IMG/VR virus record: IMGVR_UViG_3300042360_000330
From: a virus
Lineage: Duplodnaviria > Heunggongvirae > Uroviricota > Caudoviricetes
DNA length: 64,000 nt
Direction: 5' to 3' (one strand)
Shown: positions 1 through 10,794 of the stretch, one piece after another
Position numbering within the stretch: the first letter of the stretch is position 1
Layout of the letters: every line of letters begins with the position of its first letter
Made by a program: the position numbers and the translations under genes
The notes under the pieces: generated by a model
The model's input: the letters and a program-made list of their open reading frames with translations, nothing else
Told to the model about the DNA's origin: nothing
Databases searched by the model: none

Positions 1-1
1 A

Positions 2-682
2 ACTGATGATAAGTCTTATTTTGAGAGTTTAGATAGAAAAAATTTAATAGTAAATGAATTAAAAGATTTTTATGATGAATTTCCTTCATTAGAAAAAAAT
101 GAATATTTTTTAGAAAGTATTGATGAACAAGAATATGCACAAAAGTTTATTCAAAACAATTATTTATTTTCATTTTCTACATATAGATTTAATGTATTAC
201 AAGCTATTAGATTAGATATAAAAAATGTAGCTATGCTTTGTGCTGATACTATTATTACATTTAATGGTGTTAATGAAAATTTATTTCAAAACACTAACAG
301 TATGTATAATGCCATATCATGGTGGTACAGTAATGCAGATGCTCCTTTAAGTGTTGGTTACATGGATATGAAACCTATAATTAGATTTTTAGAAAATAAG
401 TACAATAAACCTATAGAAAGAAATTTATTAGTTTTAGATGAAGCAGCACGTTTATATATTCCTAATACTTTAGATGATTTAAAAAAATTATTTAATGTAT
501 GGAATGAAGTAATTGAATTTCTATACGAAAATAAAAAAATAAACCAATATAAAGGTTCTTATGTTATTCATGATGAATATATTTTAGCTCCTATATATAA
601 TTTATTAGATATTAATTTAAAAAATATATCAAATTTATTTGATGTAAAGCATAATAAAGAAGTTGAACGATTTTGGATGTAA
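2..682 (+). CDS. hypothetical protein, N-terminus truncated by window edge (open frame continues to position 2)
   Basis: Frame of ORF 233..682 stays open back to window start; no recognisable motif. Confidence 0.5.
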   Translation, partial: TDDKSYFESLDRKNLIVNELKDFYDEFPSLEKNEYFLESIDEQEYAQKFIQNNYLFSFSTYRFNVLQAIRLDIKNVAMLCADTIITFNGVNENLFQNTNSMYNAISWWYSNADAPLSVGYMDMKPIIRFLENKYNKPIERNLLVLDEAARLYIPNTLDDLKKLFNVWNEVIEFLYENKKINQYKGSYVIHDEYILAPIYNLLDINLKNISNLFDVKHNKEVERFWM

Positions 683-695
683 ATAAAAACTAAAT

Positions 696-2381
696 ATGGC
701 AAATATAAGCATACATGGCTCACATAATGGAGCTATAGTAATTGAAGATAAAGGAGAAATTTTATGTGTTGTAGAATTTGAAAGATTTTTAAATTACAAA
801 AATGTAGGATTAGCTCAATATAAAACTCCTAGATATATAATGATATGTCTAGAAGAAATTATGAAATGGGTTGAAAAAGAATACGGAATAACTGAATTTG
901 AAAACTGCTATTTTTCATCTACAGACTTTGTAGGTGAAAACTTTATAGGAGAACACAGAATATATCAAACAATACACAAAATTAAAGCCAAAAATTACAT
1001 TCATGGGTTGCACCATGAATCACATGCTTGTGGTGTATTTTATCAGTCGCCATACGACGAAGCTTTAATATTTTCATTTGATGGTGGTGGTGATGATGGA
1101 GAATTTAATGTATATCATGCTACACGAGGAGAAGAAATCAAATTATTAGAACAAGTTAAAAATCCTGTAATGGGTGATCCTAATCTATACTATAATTTAG
1201 GATTTGCTTATATGGTCTTTGGTCAATACTTAAAAGACATCCAAATGGAAGGATTAGGAGATGGAAATTTAGTATGGCCGGGTAAAATAATGGGACTAGT
1301 TTCATATGGAAATTACAAACCAGAATGGTTAGAAGCATTTATAGAATTCTTTAAAAGCGACCCAGATGGAGGAAATGATGATTATGTTGAAAAAATAAAT
1401 AAATTAGGAGAAAAAATTGAAGTAACATTCGATATTAATAATAGATTAGAAGGACAATTAGCATATGATGTTGCTGCAACTGCTCAACGTGCTTTTGAAG
1501 ATTGCTTTTTAGAAGTAGCAAAACCATACTTTGAACAATACCCTGAACTACCAGTTTGTATAACAGGAGGATGTGCTTTAAATATTATTCTAAATACACG
1601 TGTTAGAGAAGAATTTAATAAAGAAGTATTTGTAGGACCTAATCCTAATGATTGTGGTATTGCAACTGGTTTAATGCTAAAACATTTAAAACCAGAAACG
1701 GCTTGTGATTTAACATATAAAGGATTACCTATTCTAGACCAAAATTTAATAGCTCAATTACTACCAGAATACCCGAATGTTAAAAAATTAATGGAACAAG
1801 ATGAAGAATTTCATCCTTACGAACAACATGATCCTTCTATATTAGTAGAAGATTTGATCAATGGAAAAATTATAGGGGTAGTAAAAAATCAATCAGAACA
1901 TGGTCCTAGAGCATTGGGTAATAGAAGTATAATATGTAACCCTTCTATTGCTGAAATGAAAGATATATTGAACGATAAAGTAAAACATAGAGAATGGTAT
2001 CGTCCATTTGCTCCTGTAGTACGTCAAGAAGATGTTTCAAAATATTTTGAATTTGAAGGCGAATCAAGATGGATGTCCTTTTGTCCTAAAGTAAGACTAG
2101 AATGGAGAGATAGATTAGCAGCAATCACACATGTTGATGGTACTGCTAGAGTTCAAACCGTAACTAGAGAACAAAATGAATTTCTATATGACTTGTTAAC
2201 GGAATTTGAAAAGAAAACAGGAATAGGAGTGTTATTAAATACATCGTTTAATGTAAATGGTAAACCTATTTTATCAACATACAAAGATGCATTTATTATA
2301 TATAACAATACAGAATTAGATTGTCTCTTATTAGAAGATTACTACATCAGAAAAGAAATATTTCCTTCAAAACAAAAATAA
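696..2381 (+). CDS. carbamoyltransferase (NodU/CmcH family)
   Basis: 561 aa; N-terminal ASKHA-like region, HHESHA...FDGGGDDGEF motif typical of NodU/CmcH O-carbamoyltransferases. Confidence 0.75.
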   Translation: MANISIHGSHNGAIVIEDKGEILCVVEFERFLNYKNVGLAQYKTPRYIMICLEEIMKWVEKEYGITEFENCYFSSTDFVGENFIGEHRIYQTIHKIKAKNYIHGLHHESHACGVFYQSPYDEALIFSFDGGGDDGEFNVYHATRGEEIKLLEQVKNPVMGDPNLYYNLGFAYMVFGQYLKDIQMEGLGDGNLVWPGKIMGLVSYGNYKPEWLEAFIEFFKSDPDGGNDDYVEKINKLGEKIEVTFDINNRLEGQLAYDVAATAQRAFEDCFLEVAKPYFEQYPELPVCITGGCALNIILNTRVREEFNKEVFVGPNPNDCGIATGLMLKHLKPETACDLTYKGLPILDQNLIAQLLPEYPNVKKLMEQDEEFHPYEQHDPSILVEDLINGKIIGVVKNQSEHGPRALGNRSIICNPSIAEMKDILNDKVKHREWYRPFAPVVRQEDVSKYFEFEGESRWMSFCPKVRLEWRDRLAAITHVDGTARVQTVTREQNEFLYDLLTEFEKKTGIGVLLNTSFNVNGKPILSTYKDAFIIYNNTELDCLLLEDYYIRKEIFPSKQK

Positions 2382-2383
2382 TT

Positions 2384-4732
2384 ATGAATTTATTACAAGA
2401 AATTAGAGGTTTTAATAATACTAAGGTAGATCCTACTATTATTAATGATGAACAATTAGATCAAATAGTAATACATGCCTTAGATGTTATAGAAAGAGGT
2501 ATAGAAGGAGATATAGTAGAATTTGGATGTTATGTAGGTGAATCAAGTAAATACTTAAGAAAAACTTTAGATGAAACTAATTCAAATAAAGATCTTTATG
2601 TATATGATTCTTTTGAAGGATTACCTCCGTTATCTAAACATGAAGAAGGAATGGGTTGGAGACCTGGTACCTTAAATACTACAGAAGATGTTCTAATTAA
2701 AAACTTTAGAGACAATGGATTAAAACCTCCATACACGTGTAAAGGATGGTTTAAAGATGTCCCAGATTATAGAATCCCAGATAAAATATGTTTTGCCTTT
2801 TTAGATGGTGATTTTTATGATTCTATTTATGATAGTTTAACAAAAATTTACGATAAAGTTCAAGAAGGAGGATATATTTTATTCCATGATTATGAAAGAA
2901 ATGATCTTCCTGGTGTAAGAGCAGCCATAGAAGATTTCTTAAGAGAAAGAGGAGAAGAATATAACGTTTACACAGCTTGTGAGCAAGTAGGAGTTTTAAA
3001 AAAGAATAAAGCACAAAAAATACATATTCCACAAGTAGATGATACTAATAAAGAATTAACAGTAGTTACAGGATTATGGGATATTAATCGTGCAGGTAGA
3101 AGTTTCGATCATTATATTGAAAACTTTAATAAATTTTTAGAAATGCCTGTAAATATGTTTATTTACGTTCCTAAAGATTTAGAACATTTAGTTTGGGAAA
3201 AACGTAGTAAATCAAACACCCATGTTAGAGTGTTTGAATTAGAAGATATTAAAAATAATTTTTACCAACCATTTTGGGACAAAACTCAAGAAATCAGAAC
3301 AAGCCCAGAGTGGCTTAACCAAGCAGGATGGTTAGCAGGTTCACCACAAGCATCAAATGAATGGTATAATCCAATTGTACAATCAAAAATGTTTATGCTC
3401 CACGATGCTAAAATATTAAATGTATTTGATACAGACTATTTCATATGGTTAGATGCTGGTATAACAAATACAGTATATGAAAAATACTTTACAGATAATA
3501 AATGTTTAGATAAGTTAATACCACATTTAAATACATTCTTATTTTTAAGCTATCCATATCAAGCAAACAGTGAAATCCATGGATTTGATTTTAAAGCTAT
3601 AAACAAATACGCTCGTGAAGAAGTAAAATATGTTTGTAGAGGTGGATTATTTGGTGGACATAAAGATTTCTTATCTCAAGCTAATGGAACTTATTATCAT
3701 TTACTTCAAGATACATTAACATCTGGGTATATGGGAACTGAAGAATCATTATTTAGTGTAATGGCTCATTTAGAACCACACATCTATAGAAGATATGCTT
3801 TAGATGAAAATGGTCTTATAGTTAAATTTATTCAAGATTTAATGGAAGATAATGTAAGATTAGAAAATAATGGTGGTCGAGCTCATGTATTACCAAAAGG
3901 AGTATACAATCCAAATACCTCTAAAACATCATTATACATGTTAACATTCAACTTCCCAGAACAAATAGAACACACTGTTGCTACTTGGGAAGCTAATTCA
4001 CCTGATTGGATGTCTAAACCTAGAAAAATATTATTAGATAATTCAACTGATGAAAGTGCTAGAATAAAAAATCAAGAATTAGCTGTAAAATATAATTTTG
4101 AATACATTCCTATGGAAGGAAATGTAGGTATAAATGGTGGTAGATTATTTGCTGCTAAACATTTCCAAGAATCAGATAGTGATTATTATTTCTTCTTTGA
4201 AGATGATATGGGATTACATTCAAACTCAGAACAAGGATTCTGTAGAAATGGATTTAAAAGTTACATTCCTGATCTATATAGAAAAGTACATGATATAATG
4301 GCTAAAGAGGATTTTGATTTCTTAAAATTATCATTTACTGAAGTTTATATGGATAACAACATTCAAGTATCATGGTATAATGTGCCTCAATCTGTTAGAA
4401 CATACATGTGGCCTGATTATGATCAATTACCAATCTCAGGATTAGACCCATATGCACCTAGAACTAAATTTGATAAAATAGATGTCCATAATGAATTATC
4501 TTACATCTCAGGAGAAATATATTATGCTAACTGGCCTATGATTGTAAGTAAAAAAGGTAATCAAAAAATGTTCTTAGATACTCAATGGGAACATCCATTT
4601 GAACAAACTTGGATGTCATACATGTTCCAAGAAACAGTTAAAGGAAATATAAAACCAGCAGTATTATTAGCGTCACCTGTACTTCATAATAGAATAGTAT
4701 ATTATAAACCTGAAGAAAGACGTGAGAATTAA
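2384..4732 (+). CDS. multidomain sugar-modifying enzyme: N-terminal TylF/MycF-like SAM-dependent O-methyltransferase plus C-terminal GT2-like glycosyltransferase
   Basis: Start shifted to internal ATG 2384 after upstream stop at 2381. Motifs VEFGCYVGESS, YDSFEGLPP, DGDFYDSI (macrocin O-MT family). C-terminal region has a GT-A like FEDDMG (DxD). Confidence 0.6.
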   Translation: MNLLQEIRGFNNTKVDPTIINDEQLDQIVIHALDVIERGIEGDIVEFGCYVGESSKYLRKTLDETNSNKDLYVYDSFEGLPPLSKHEEGMGWRPGTLNTTEDVLIKNFRDNGLKPPYTCKGWFKDVPDYRIPDKICFAFLDGDFYDSIYDSLTKIYDKVQEGGYILFHDYERNDLPGVRAAIEDFLRERGEEYNVYTACEQVGVLKKNKAQKIHIPQVDDTNKELTVVTGLWDINRAGRSFDHYIENFNKFLEMPVNMFIYVPKDLEHLVWEKRSKSNTHVRVFELEDIKNNFYQPFWDKTQEIRTSPEWLNQAGWLAGSPQASNEWYNPIVQSKMFMLHDAKILNVFDTDYFIWLDAGITNTVYEKYFTDNKCLDKLIPHLNTFLFLSYPYQANSEIHGFDFKAINKYAREEVKYVCRGGLFGGHKDFLSQANGTYYHLLQDTLTSGYMGTEESLFSVMAHLEPHIYRRYALDENGLIVKFIQDLMEDNVRLENNGGRAHVLPKGVYNPNTSKTSLYMLTFNFPEQIEHTVATWEANSPDWMSKPRKILLDNSTDESARIKNQELAVKYNFEYIPMEGNVGINGGRLFAAKHFQESDSDYYFFFEDDMGLHSNSEQGFCRNGFKSYIPDLYRKVHDIMAKEDFDFLKLSFTEVYMDNNIQVSWYNVPQSVRTYMWPDYDQLPISGLDPYAPRTKFDKIDVHNELSYISGEIYYANWPMIVSKKGNQKMFLDTQWEHPFEQTWMSYMFQETVKGNIKPAVLLASPVLHNRIVYYKPEERREN

Positions 4733-4767
4733 ATAAAGGGTTATTATATTTACAAAAAATTAAAGTT

Positions 4768-7353
4768 ATGTACCAAAGTATCTATTATAATAGAACTACT
4801 AAACAATATCATGTGCGCGACGATAAAAAGGGATGGGTTACCTTCCCTTATCGTGCTACATGTTATGTACCCGATGATGGAGGTGAATATAAAACATTAG
4901 ACGGACAACGTGTATCTCCTACACTACAGTATGGATATAAAGATCCAAATGTATTTGAAAGTGATGTTGACAAATATACTAGAGTATTAGTTGATGCTTA
5001 TTACACTTCTGATGATGTTCCTTCTTATCAAAATATAGTTTATTTAGATATTGAGTGTGAAATAGCAGGAGCACTTACTCAAGATAGTGTTCGTGATCCT
5101 CAAGGTAAAATAACTTCTATTGCTGTATATGATAATACTACTAAAGAGTACTACTGTTATGTATTAGATGAAGCTAAAAAATTACCATCATCAAAAACAG
5201 ATAACAAACATATTATATCTTGTACATCTGAAAAAGACTTATTATCCCAATTTCTTGATAAATGGGAAGAATTAGACCCAACAATTATATCTGGTTGGAA
5301 CAGCGAATTCTTCGATATACCGTACTTATATCATAGAATTGCCAAGGTATTGGGAAAAACAGAGGCCGTGCGTTTATCGCCGTTAAAACAAGTAGATAGC
5401 AACGAATTTTTAGGGGTTAAAACAACAACTATAGCTGGTTTAAATCATCTAGATTATATGTTACTATTTAAAAAATATGTAACAACCCAAGAACCATCTT
5501 ATGCTTTAGGAAATATAGGTACTAAATATGTTAACTTAGGAAAAATAGAATACTTAGGTTCACTTGATAAATTATTTCAAGAAGATGTTCAAAAATTCAT
5601 TGATTATAACATTCGGGATGTTGAAATTATAATTGAATTAGAGAAAAAACTTAAATTCATTGATTTAACAGTTACAGTATGTCATTTATGTCATACCCCT
5701 TATAATCAGGTGTATATGTCAACTATGCTGAATGAAGGCGCTATTTTAACTTATTTAAAACGTAAAGGGATAGTTTCACCAAATAAACCTACAACTTATA
5801 ATCCTTCATTAAGAGATATTAAAGAAGAATATGCTGGTGGTTATTTAAAAGATCCTGTACCTGGTTTGTATGAATGGGTTATTGACTTAGATTTCACATC
5901 ATTATATCCTTCTATTATTAGATCCCTAAACATGGGTATTGAAACCTTAGTAGGTCGTATTGTAAATAGAGACAAATATGACAACCAGTGGTCACTAAAA
6001 GAATTAAAACTATTAAACCCAGAAATGGATCTTACTATTGAAAAAGTAAACGAAAATAAAAGCATTACTCGATCAACTGTAAAAGTAAGTAAAATAATAA
6101 AGTTTATCGAACAAGGAAACTACATAATATCTGCACCTGGTGTCATTTTTAGAAAAGATAAAGAAAGTGTAGTATGTGAAATATTAACTGACTGGTTTAA
6201 TAAGAGAAGTGAGTATAAAGCATTAATGAAAGATGCATTCAAAGTTAAAAAAGATCCAATATTAGGGGATTTCTATAATAGACGCCAACATGCCTATAAA
6301 ATTAAATTAAATGATGTTTATGGATGTTATGCTATTAATGGTTGGAGATACACGGATGGTCATAAATTTATATCAAAAGCTATTACACTTACAGGACAAC
6401 GCTTAATTCAAGAATCTATTAAACATGTTAATAAATGGATGAACAACCAAATTAATACAGAAGGTATAGATTACATTGTAACATCCGATACAGATTCACT
6501 TTTTATTCAAGTTAAAGATTTACTTAGACAAAGATATCCTGATCTAGATTTAAACAATAGAGAAGAAACAGTTAAGTATGTTTTAGAAATTGCTACTGAA
6601 GTACAACAAATTGCAAATGATAATTTACATGGTTTAGTAGTTGAATTATTTAATCTACATGATAGAGAACATTATTTTGATCTAAAACAAGAAGTTGTAC
6701 TTGAACGAGGATACTTTGCAGGTAAAAGACGTTATGCCCAATTCATTGTAAATAAAGAAGGTGTTCCTGTAGAAGAACTAGATATTAAGGGATTAGATTT
6801 AATGAAGTCAAACTTCCCACCGTATTTTAGAAACTTTAGTAAGCAACTTCTTCAAGATATAATGTTTGGAAAACCTAAACCAGACATAGATAAACAGATA
6901 TTAGCATTTAGAGAAAGTATAGACACTGTAGATTGGAGATTATTATTAAAACCTACAGGTTTAAAAAACATAGGAGGGTATATTGCCTCTCCTCCCAAAG
7001 CAGGTGAAATATTCTCTAAATTAGGATTAAAATGCCCAATTAATACCAAATCAGCTATATATTATAATGATATATTACGTTTTAAAAAACTAGATAAACA
7101 ATACAATACATTCCAGATAGGGGATAAAATGTTTATAGCTTATTTAAAAGATAATCCTTATAATATAGAAGTTATAGGGTTTAATGGGTATGATGATCCT
7201 CCATTTATTACAGAATTTATAGAAAAATACCTAGACAAAACACAGTTATTCGATTCTGTGTTAAGGAATAAATTAGAAAGTTTATATGATGATTTAAAAT
7301 GGGGTAAACCTATCTTTAATAGCAATATAAATAAATTCTTTAAATTTGGATAA
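4768..7353 (+). CDS. DNA polymerase, family B
   Basis: 861 aa; exo I YLDIECE, exo II FFDIPYL, pol motif A DLDFTSLYPSII, motif C VTSDTDSLF. Confidence 0.9.
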   Translation: MYQSIYYNRTTKQYHVRDDKKGWVTFPYRATCYVPDDGGEYKTLDGQRVSPTLQYGYKDPNVFESDVDKYTRVLVDAYYTSDDVPSYQNIVYLDIECEIAGALTQDSVRDPQGKITSIAVYDNTTKEYYCYVLDEAKKLPSSKTDNKHIISCTSEKDLLSQFLDKWEELDPTIISGWNSEFFDIPYLYHRIAKVLGKTEAVRLSPLKQVDSNEFLGVKTTTIAGLNHLDYMLLFKKYVTTQEPSYALGNIGTKYVNLGKIEYLGSLDKLFQEDVQKFIDYNIRDVEIIIELEKKLKFIDLTVTVCHLCHTPYNQVYMSTMLNEGAILTYLKRKGIVSPNKPTTYNPSLRDIKEEYAGGYLKDPVPGLYEWVIDLDFTSLYPSIIRSLNMGIETLVGRIVNRDKYDNQWSLKELKLLNPEMDLTIEKVNENKSITRSTVKVSKIIKFIEQGNYIISAPGVIFRKDKESVVCEILTDWFNKRSEYKALMKDAFKVKKDPILGDFYNRRQHAYKIKLNDVYGCYAINGWRYTDGHKFISKAITLTGQRLIQESIKHVNKWMNNQINTEGIDYIVTSDTDSLFIQVKDLLRQRYPDLDLNNREETVKYVLEIATEVQQIANDNLHGLVVELFNLHDREHYFDLKQEVVLERGYFAGKRRYAQFIVNKEGVPVEELDIKGLDLMKSNFPPYFRNFSKQLLQDIMFGKPKPDIDKQILAFRESIDTVDWRLLLKPTGLKNIGGYIASPPKAGEIFSKLGLKCPINTKSAIYYNDILRFKKLDKQYNTFQIGDKMFIAYLKDNPYNIEVIGFNGYDDPPFITEFIEKYLDKTQLFDSVLRNKLESLYDDLKWGKPIFNSNINKFFKFG

Positions 7354-7380
7354 CCAAAAAATAATTATTATATTTAAAAT

Positions 7381-8118
7381 ATGATTCAAAAATTAGACTT
7401 AGTAGCAAGTATTGAAAAATATTACCTTGGAGGTATTATTGAAAGCGTTAAATGGAATGTATCTGAAGGTAAATTGCATACAAATTTTGTATCTCCTTAT
7501 CAAGATTTAGTAGGACACATAGAATGTAATCTTAATATAGAAGACGGAACTATAGGTATATTTAATACTAGTGCTTTACTAAAAATGTTAAGTATATTAG
7601 AACATGATATACTAGTTAATGTTGAAACAACTCACAAAGTTCCAACTAGATTACTTATTGAAGATTCTAACTTTTCACTTCAATATACTTTAGCTGATCC
7701 TTATATTATTCCACCATCTCCATCAATCGATGAACCTGAATATGACACTGAATTTGATATTGATGCTGAGTTTATTCTTAGATTTACTAAAGCTAAAAAT
7801 GCTTTAGGTTCTAATACTAAAGACATAGTACGAATAACTAATTTTATTCATGAAGATGGAGTTAAACAAGCTAAATTTATATTAGGGGATCCTACATCTC
7901 ATTCTAACAAAGTAGAATTTACATGTGATGCTACTTATAAAGTATTTCATAAAGAATTACTTACATTCAATTCATCTCATATAAAAGAGATACTATCAGT
8001 AAATAAAGAAAATATTCAAAGTGCTAAAGGATACATCAGTATGCAAGGATTACTTAAATTAGAATTTATTACAGAAACAGGAAAAGCAGTATATTATTTA
8101 CCTGAATTAAAATTTTAA
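7381..8118 (+). CDS. putative sliding clamp / polymerase processivity factor
   Basis: 245 aa, sits immediately after polB and upstream of the RFC-like clamp loader (T4 gp45-like synteny); no strong motif. Confidence 0.35.
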   Translation: MIQKLDLVASIEKYYLGGIIESVKWNVSEGKLHTNFVSPYQDLVGHIECNLNIEDGTIGIFNTSALLKMLSILEHDILVNVETTHKVPTRLLIEDSNFSLQYTLADPYIIPPSPSIDEPEYDTEFDIDAEFILRFTKAKNALGSNTKDIVRITNFIHEDGVKQAKFILGDPTSHSNKVEFTCDATYKVFHKELLTFNSSHIKEILSVNKENIQSAKGYISMQGLLKLEFITETGKAVYYLPELKF

Positions 8119-8204
8119 TATATTTATAATAAACAAAAGACTTTAGGGCAATACAGTTTTTAAATTATTAACGCGATCTTAGGACGCACAAAACGTAAAT
8201 CAAA

Positions 8205-8606
8205 ATGAGTACACAATTCAACGAATGGGACATCCTATTTCACAATTTCTTCTTTCCGTCAAGCGGATTCGGATCAGCATCCACAACCAAACAACCACAC
8301 CCATTAAACATCTATTATGACGAAACAGGCCTTCACTTTGAAGTAGCATGTACTGGTCTAACTAAAGATGATGTTAAAGTAGATATCGAAGATGATATCT
8401 TAAAAATCAGTTATGATAAACCTGAAGAAGATCTACATCCTGGAACTATCCATAGAAGTTTATCTAAAAAATCCTTTAATTTAGGTTATAAAATTTCAAG
8501 CAAATACGATTTAAGTAAATCTGATGGTAAACTAGAAAATGGTTTACTAACGATCTTTATTCCTATTACTGAAAAAGCTAAACCTAAAACTATTAAAATC
8601 AAGTAA
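8205..8606 (+). CDS. small heat-shock protein (Hsp20/alpha-crystallin domain)
   Basis: 133 aa; alpha-crystallin domain pattern LHFEVACTGLTKDDVKVDIEDDILKI ... ENGLLTIFIP. Confidence 0.8.
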   Translation: MSTQFNEWDILFHNFFFPSSGFGSASTTKQPHPLNIYYDETGLHFEVACTGLTKDDVKVDIEDDILKISYDKPEEDLHPGTIHRSLSKKSFNLGYKISSKYDLSKSDGKLENGLLTIFIPITEKAKPKTIKIK

Positions 8607-8658
8607 AAATATTGCCCTAAAGTTAGGTTTTTCCAAGAATATTTTATATATTACAGTT

Positions 8659-8838
8659 ATGAATCAGATAATTAAAATAAATGACGAATTATTTTTAGTA
8701 AAGCGCATTACCGGCGAACATTACGGGCGATTTGCCCATTTATGGAACGAATTGTCTCCCACTAACAAAGTATTTAAAAAAGATAACCAAATGTACTTTT
8801 GTGAAGTGATAGAAGAGGCAAACATTGTAGAAAATTAA
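8659..8838 (+). CDS. small hypothetical protein (59 aa)
   Basis: ATG-initiated ORF in the 250-nt gap between Hsp20 and GroES; below the ORF-track cutoff. Confidence 0.3.
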   Translation: MNQIIKINDELFLVKRITGEHYGRFAHLWNELSPTNKVFKKDNQMYFCEVIEEANIVEN

Positions 8839-8863
8839 TATTAATATTTAAACCAAGAAGTTT

Positions 8864-9154
8864 ATGATCAAAGCCGTTTGGGACGCCATTATTGTAAAGG
8901 TGGACGAAAAAGCAGAAAAAATGCATGGTAAGTTTATTATCCCTGACTTATCTCAAGAAAAAGCAATTATAGGGAATGTTATTGATGTTGGGCCTGGAAG
9001 ATGGAACAACGCTGGAGATGCTCTTATACCTATGTCTTTTAAAGTAGGAGATAGAGTAGTATTGCCTCAAGTAGGACCTACTAAATTAGAATGGGATGGT
9101 GTAGAATACATCGCCGTTTCTGAAGCACAAGTATTAGCATTAATTGTAGAATAA
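8864..9154 (+). CDS. groES: co-chaperonin GroES
   Basis: 96 aa; GroES pattern ...IIPD...EKAIIGNVIDVGPG...GDRVVLPQVG; directly upstream of GroEL. Confidence 0.85.
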   Translation: MIKAVWDAIIVKVDEKAEKMHGKFIIPDLSQEKAIIGNVIDVGPGRWNNAGDALIPMSFKVGDRVVLPQVGPTKLEWDGVEYIAVSEAQVLALIVE

Positions 9155-9162
9155 AATTAAAT

Positions 9163-10794
9163 ATGAAAACAGCTTTTAATCAAGACGTAAAAGAAAAATT
9201 AGCTAAAGGAATTAAAACAGTAGCAGATGCTGTTGGTTCTACTTTAGGTCCATATGGACGAAATGTATTGTTTATCGATGAATTTGGAGGTGTACGTAGC
9301 ACAAAAGATGGTGTCACTGTAGCAAAAGAGCTAAAAGAGCTTGAAGATCCTCTTGAAAACATGGGAGCACAAACAGTAAAACAAGCATCTATTAAAACAG
9401 CAGAAAAAGCTGGGGATGGTACTACAACTTCAACTGTAATAGCAAATGAATTAATACAAAAAGCATTTAGTAGTATTACACCAAATACAAATGTTGTATT
9501 AGTTAAAAAAGGAATTGAAGCAGCTATGACAGAAATCGTTTCTGGTTTAAAACAAATCAAACGTGAGATTAGCTCTGAAGAACAAATCAGACAAGTAGCA
9601 ACTATATCAGCTAATAATGATGAAGAATTAGGAACATTAGTAGCAGAAGCTATGAATTTAGTAGGACAAGACGGTGTTGTAACTGTTGAGGAATCTAAAA
9701 CGGGTGAAACTTCATTAGAAACAGTAGAAGGTATCCAATTTGATAGAGGATACAAATCGATGTATTTCGTTACAGACAATAACTCAATGTCTTCAACCCT
9801 ACAAGACCCAGTAATTTTAATATATGATGGTCGATTAGTAGCAGTTAAAGAATTACTTCCGATTCTTGAAGGTGCTTCTCAAGCAGATAGTTCATTATTA
9901 ATTATTGCTGAAGATATTGATGGTGAAGCTTTATCTACATTAATTGTAAATAAAATGAGAGGTTTATTAAAAGTAGTAGCTGTAAAAGCTCCTGACTTTG
10001 GAGATAGACGTACTGCCGTTTTAGAAGATATTGCTACTGTAACTGGAGGTACTGTTGTATCACCTGAAAAAGGAATGAAACTAGATAGATTCAATTCAGA
10101 TTGGTTTGGTAAAGCACGTGTTGCAACTGTAACTAAAGATACTACTACAATTGTAGATGGTACTGGAGCTACAGGTGATATTGAAAACAGAGTAGCTGAA
10201 TTAAAAGAACAAATTGGAAAAGCAACATCATCATTTGAAAAAGAACACTTACAAGAGCGTTTAGGTAAATTAGTAGGTGGTGTAGCTGTAATCAATATTG
10301 GTGGTGCTACTGAAACTGAAATTAAAGAGAAAAAAGACCGTATTGATGATGCTTTACAAGCAACAAAAGCAGCTCTAGAAGAAGGATTATTACCTGGAGG
10401 AGGAATTGCTTTACTTGAAGCTAGAGAAGGTATTACTCAAACTAAAACAGATAATGCCGATTTTAATTTAGGAAAAAGAATAGCATATGCTGCTTGTGGT
10501 GCTCCATTCTTAAAAATTCTTACAAATGCTGGTATTGAAACTACAGGAGAAATTATCTTTGCTCTTCGCAAAGCCAGAGAGGATAACCCAGAAAAAGGTC
10601 GTACATTTGGATATGATATAAAAACAGAAACTGTAACAGATATGTTTGATGCCGGGATTATTGATCCTATGAAAGTAGTTAGAACTGCTTTATCAAACGC
10701 CGTATCAGTAGCAGGAACTATTTTACTAACTGAGTGTGCAATTTATAACGAACCTAAAAAAGACAAAGATGATCAACAACAGTTTATGGGTTGA
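9163..10794 (+). CDS. groEL: chaperonin GroEL (Hsp60)
   Basis: 543 aa; GDGTTTSTV ATP-binding motif, ALEEGLLPGGGIALL, DAGIIDPMKVVRTAL. Confidence 0.9.
   Translation: MKTAFNQDVKEKLAKGIKTVADAVGSTLGPYGRNVLFIDEFGGVRSTKDGVTVAKELKELEDPLENMGAQTVKQASIKTAEKAGDGTTTSTVIANELIQKAFSSITPNTNVVLVKKGIEAAMTEIVSGLKQIKREISSEEQIRQVATISANNDEELGTLVAEAMNLVGQDGVVTVEESKTGETSLETVEGIQFDRGYKSMYFVTDNNSMSSTLQDPVILIYDGRLVAVKELLPILEGASQADSSLLIIAEDIDGEALSTLIVNKMRGLLKVVAVKAPDFGDRRTAVLEDIATVTGGTVVSPEKGMKLDRFNSDWFGKARVATVTKDTTTIVDGTGATGDIENRVAELKEQIGKATSSFEKEHLQERLGKLVGGVAVINIGGATETEIKEKKDRIDDALQATKAALEEGLLPGGGIALLEAREGITQTKTDNADFNLGKRIAYAACGAPFLKILTNAGIETTGEIIFALRKAREDNPEKGRTFGYDIKTETVTDMFDAGIIDPMKVVRTALSNAVSVAGTILLTECAIYNEPKKDKDDQQQFMG

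Noticed and set aside
2823-3032. Minus-strand ORFs in the track (2823-3032, 5841-6065, 6852-7049, 9180-9779, 9879-10295, 16095-16521, 18110-18370, 24710-24934, 26566-26766, 33315-33689, 36425-36736, 42868-43116, 45165-45428, 48699-48932, 50246-50431, 51793-52032, 52878-53441, 53825-54010, 54198-54380, 54524-54727, 55504-55854, 56386-56577, 57264-57455, 58360-58554, 59434-59637, 61114-61371)
   Set aside because: Each lies antisense inside a well-supported + strand gene or a non-coding repeat region. Products are low-complexity (Leu/Ser/Phe-rich from AT-rich antisense). The whole window is otherwise strictly unidirectional.
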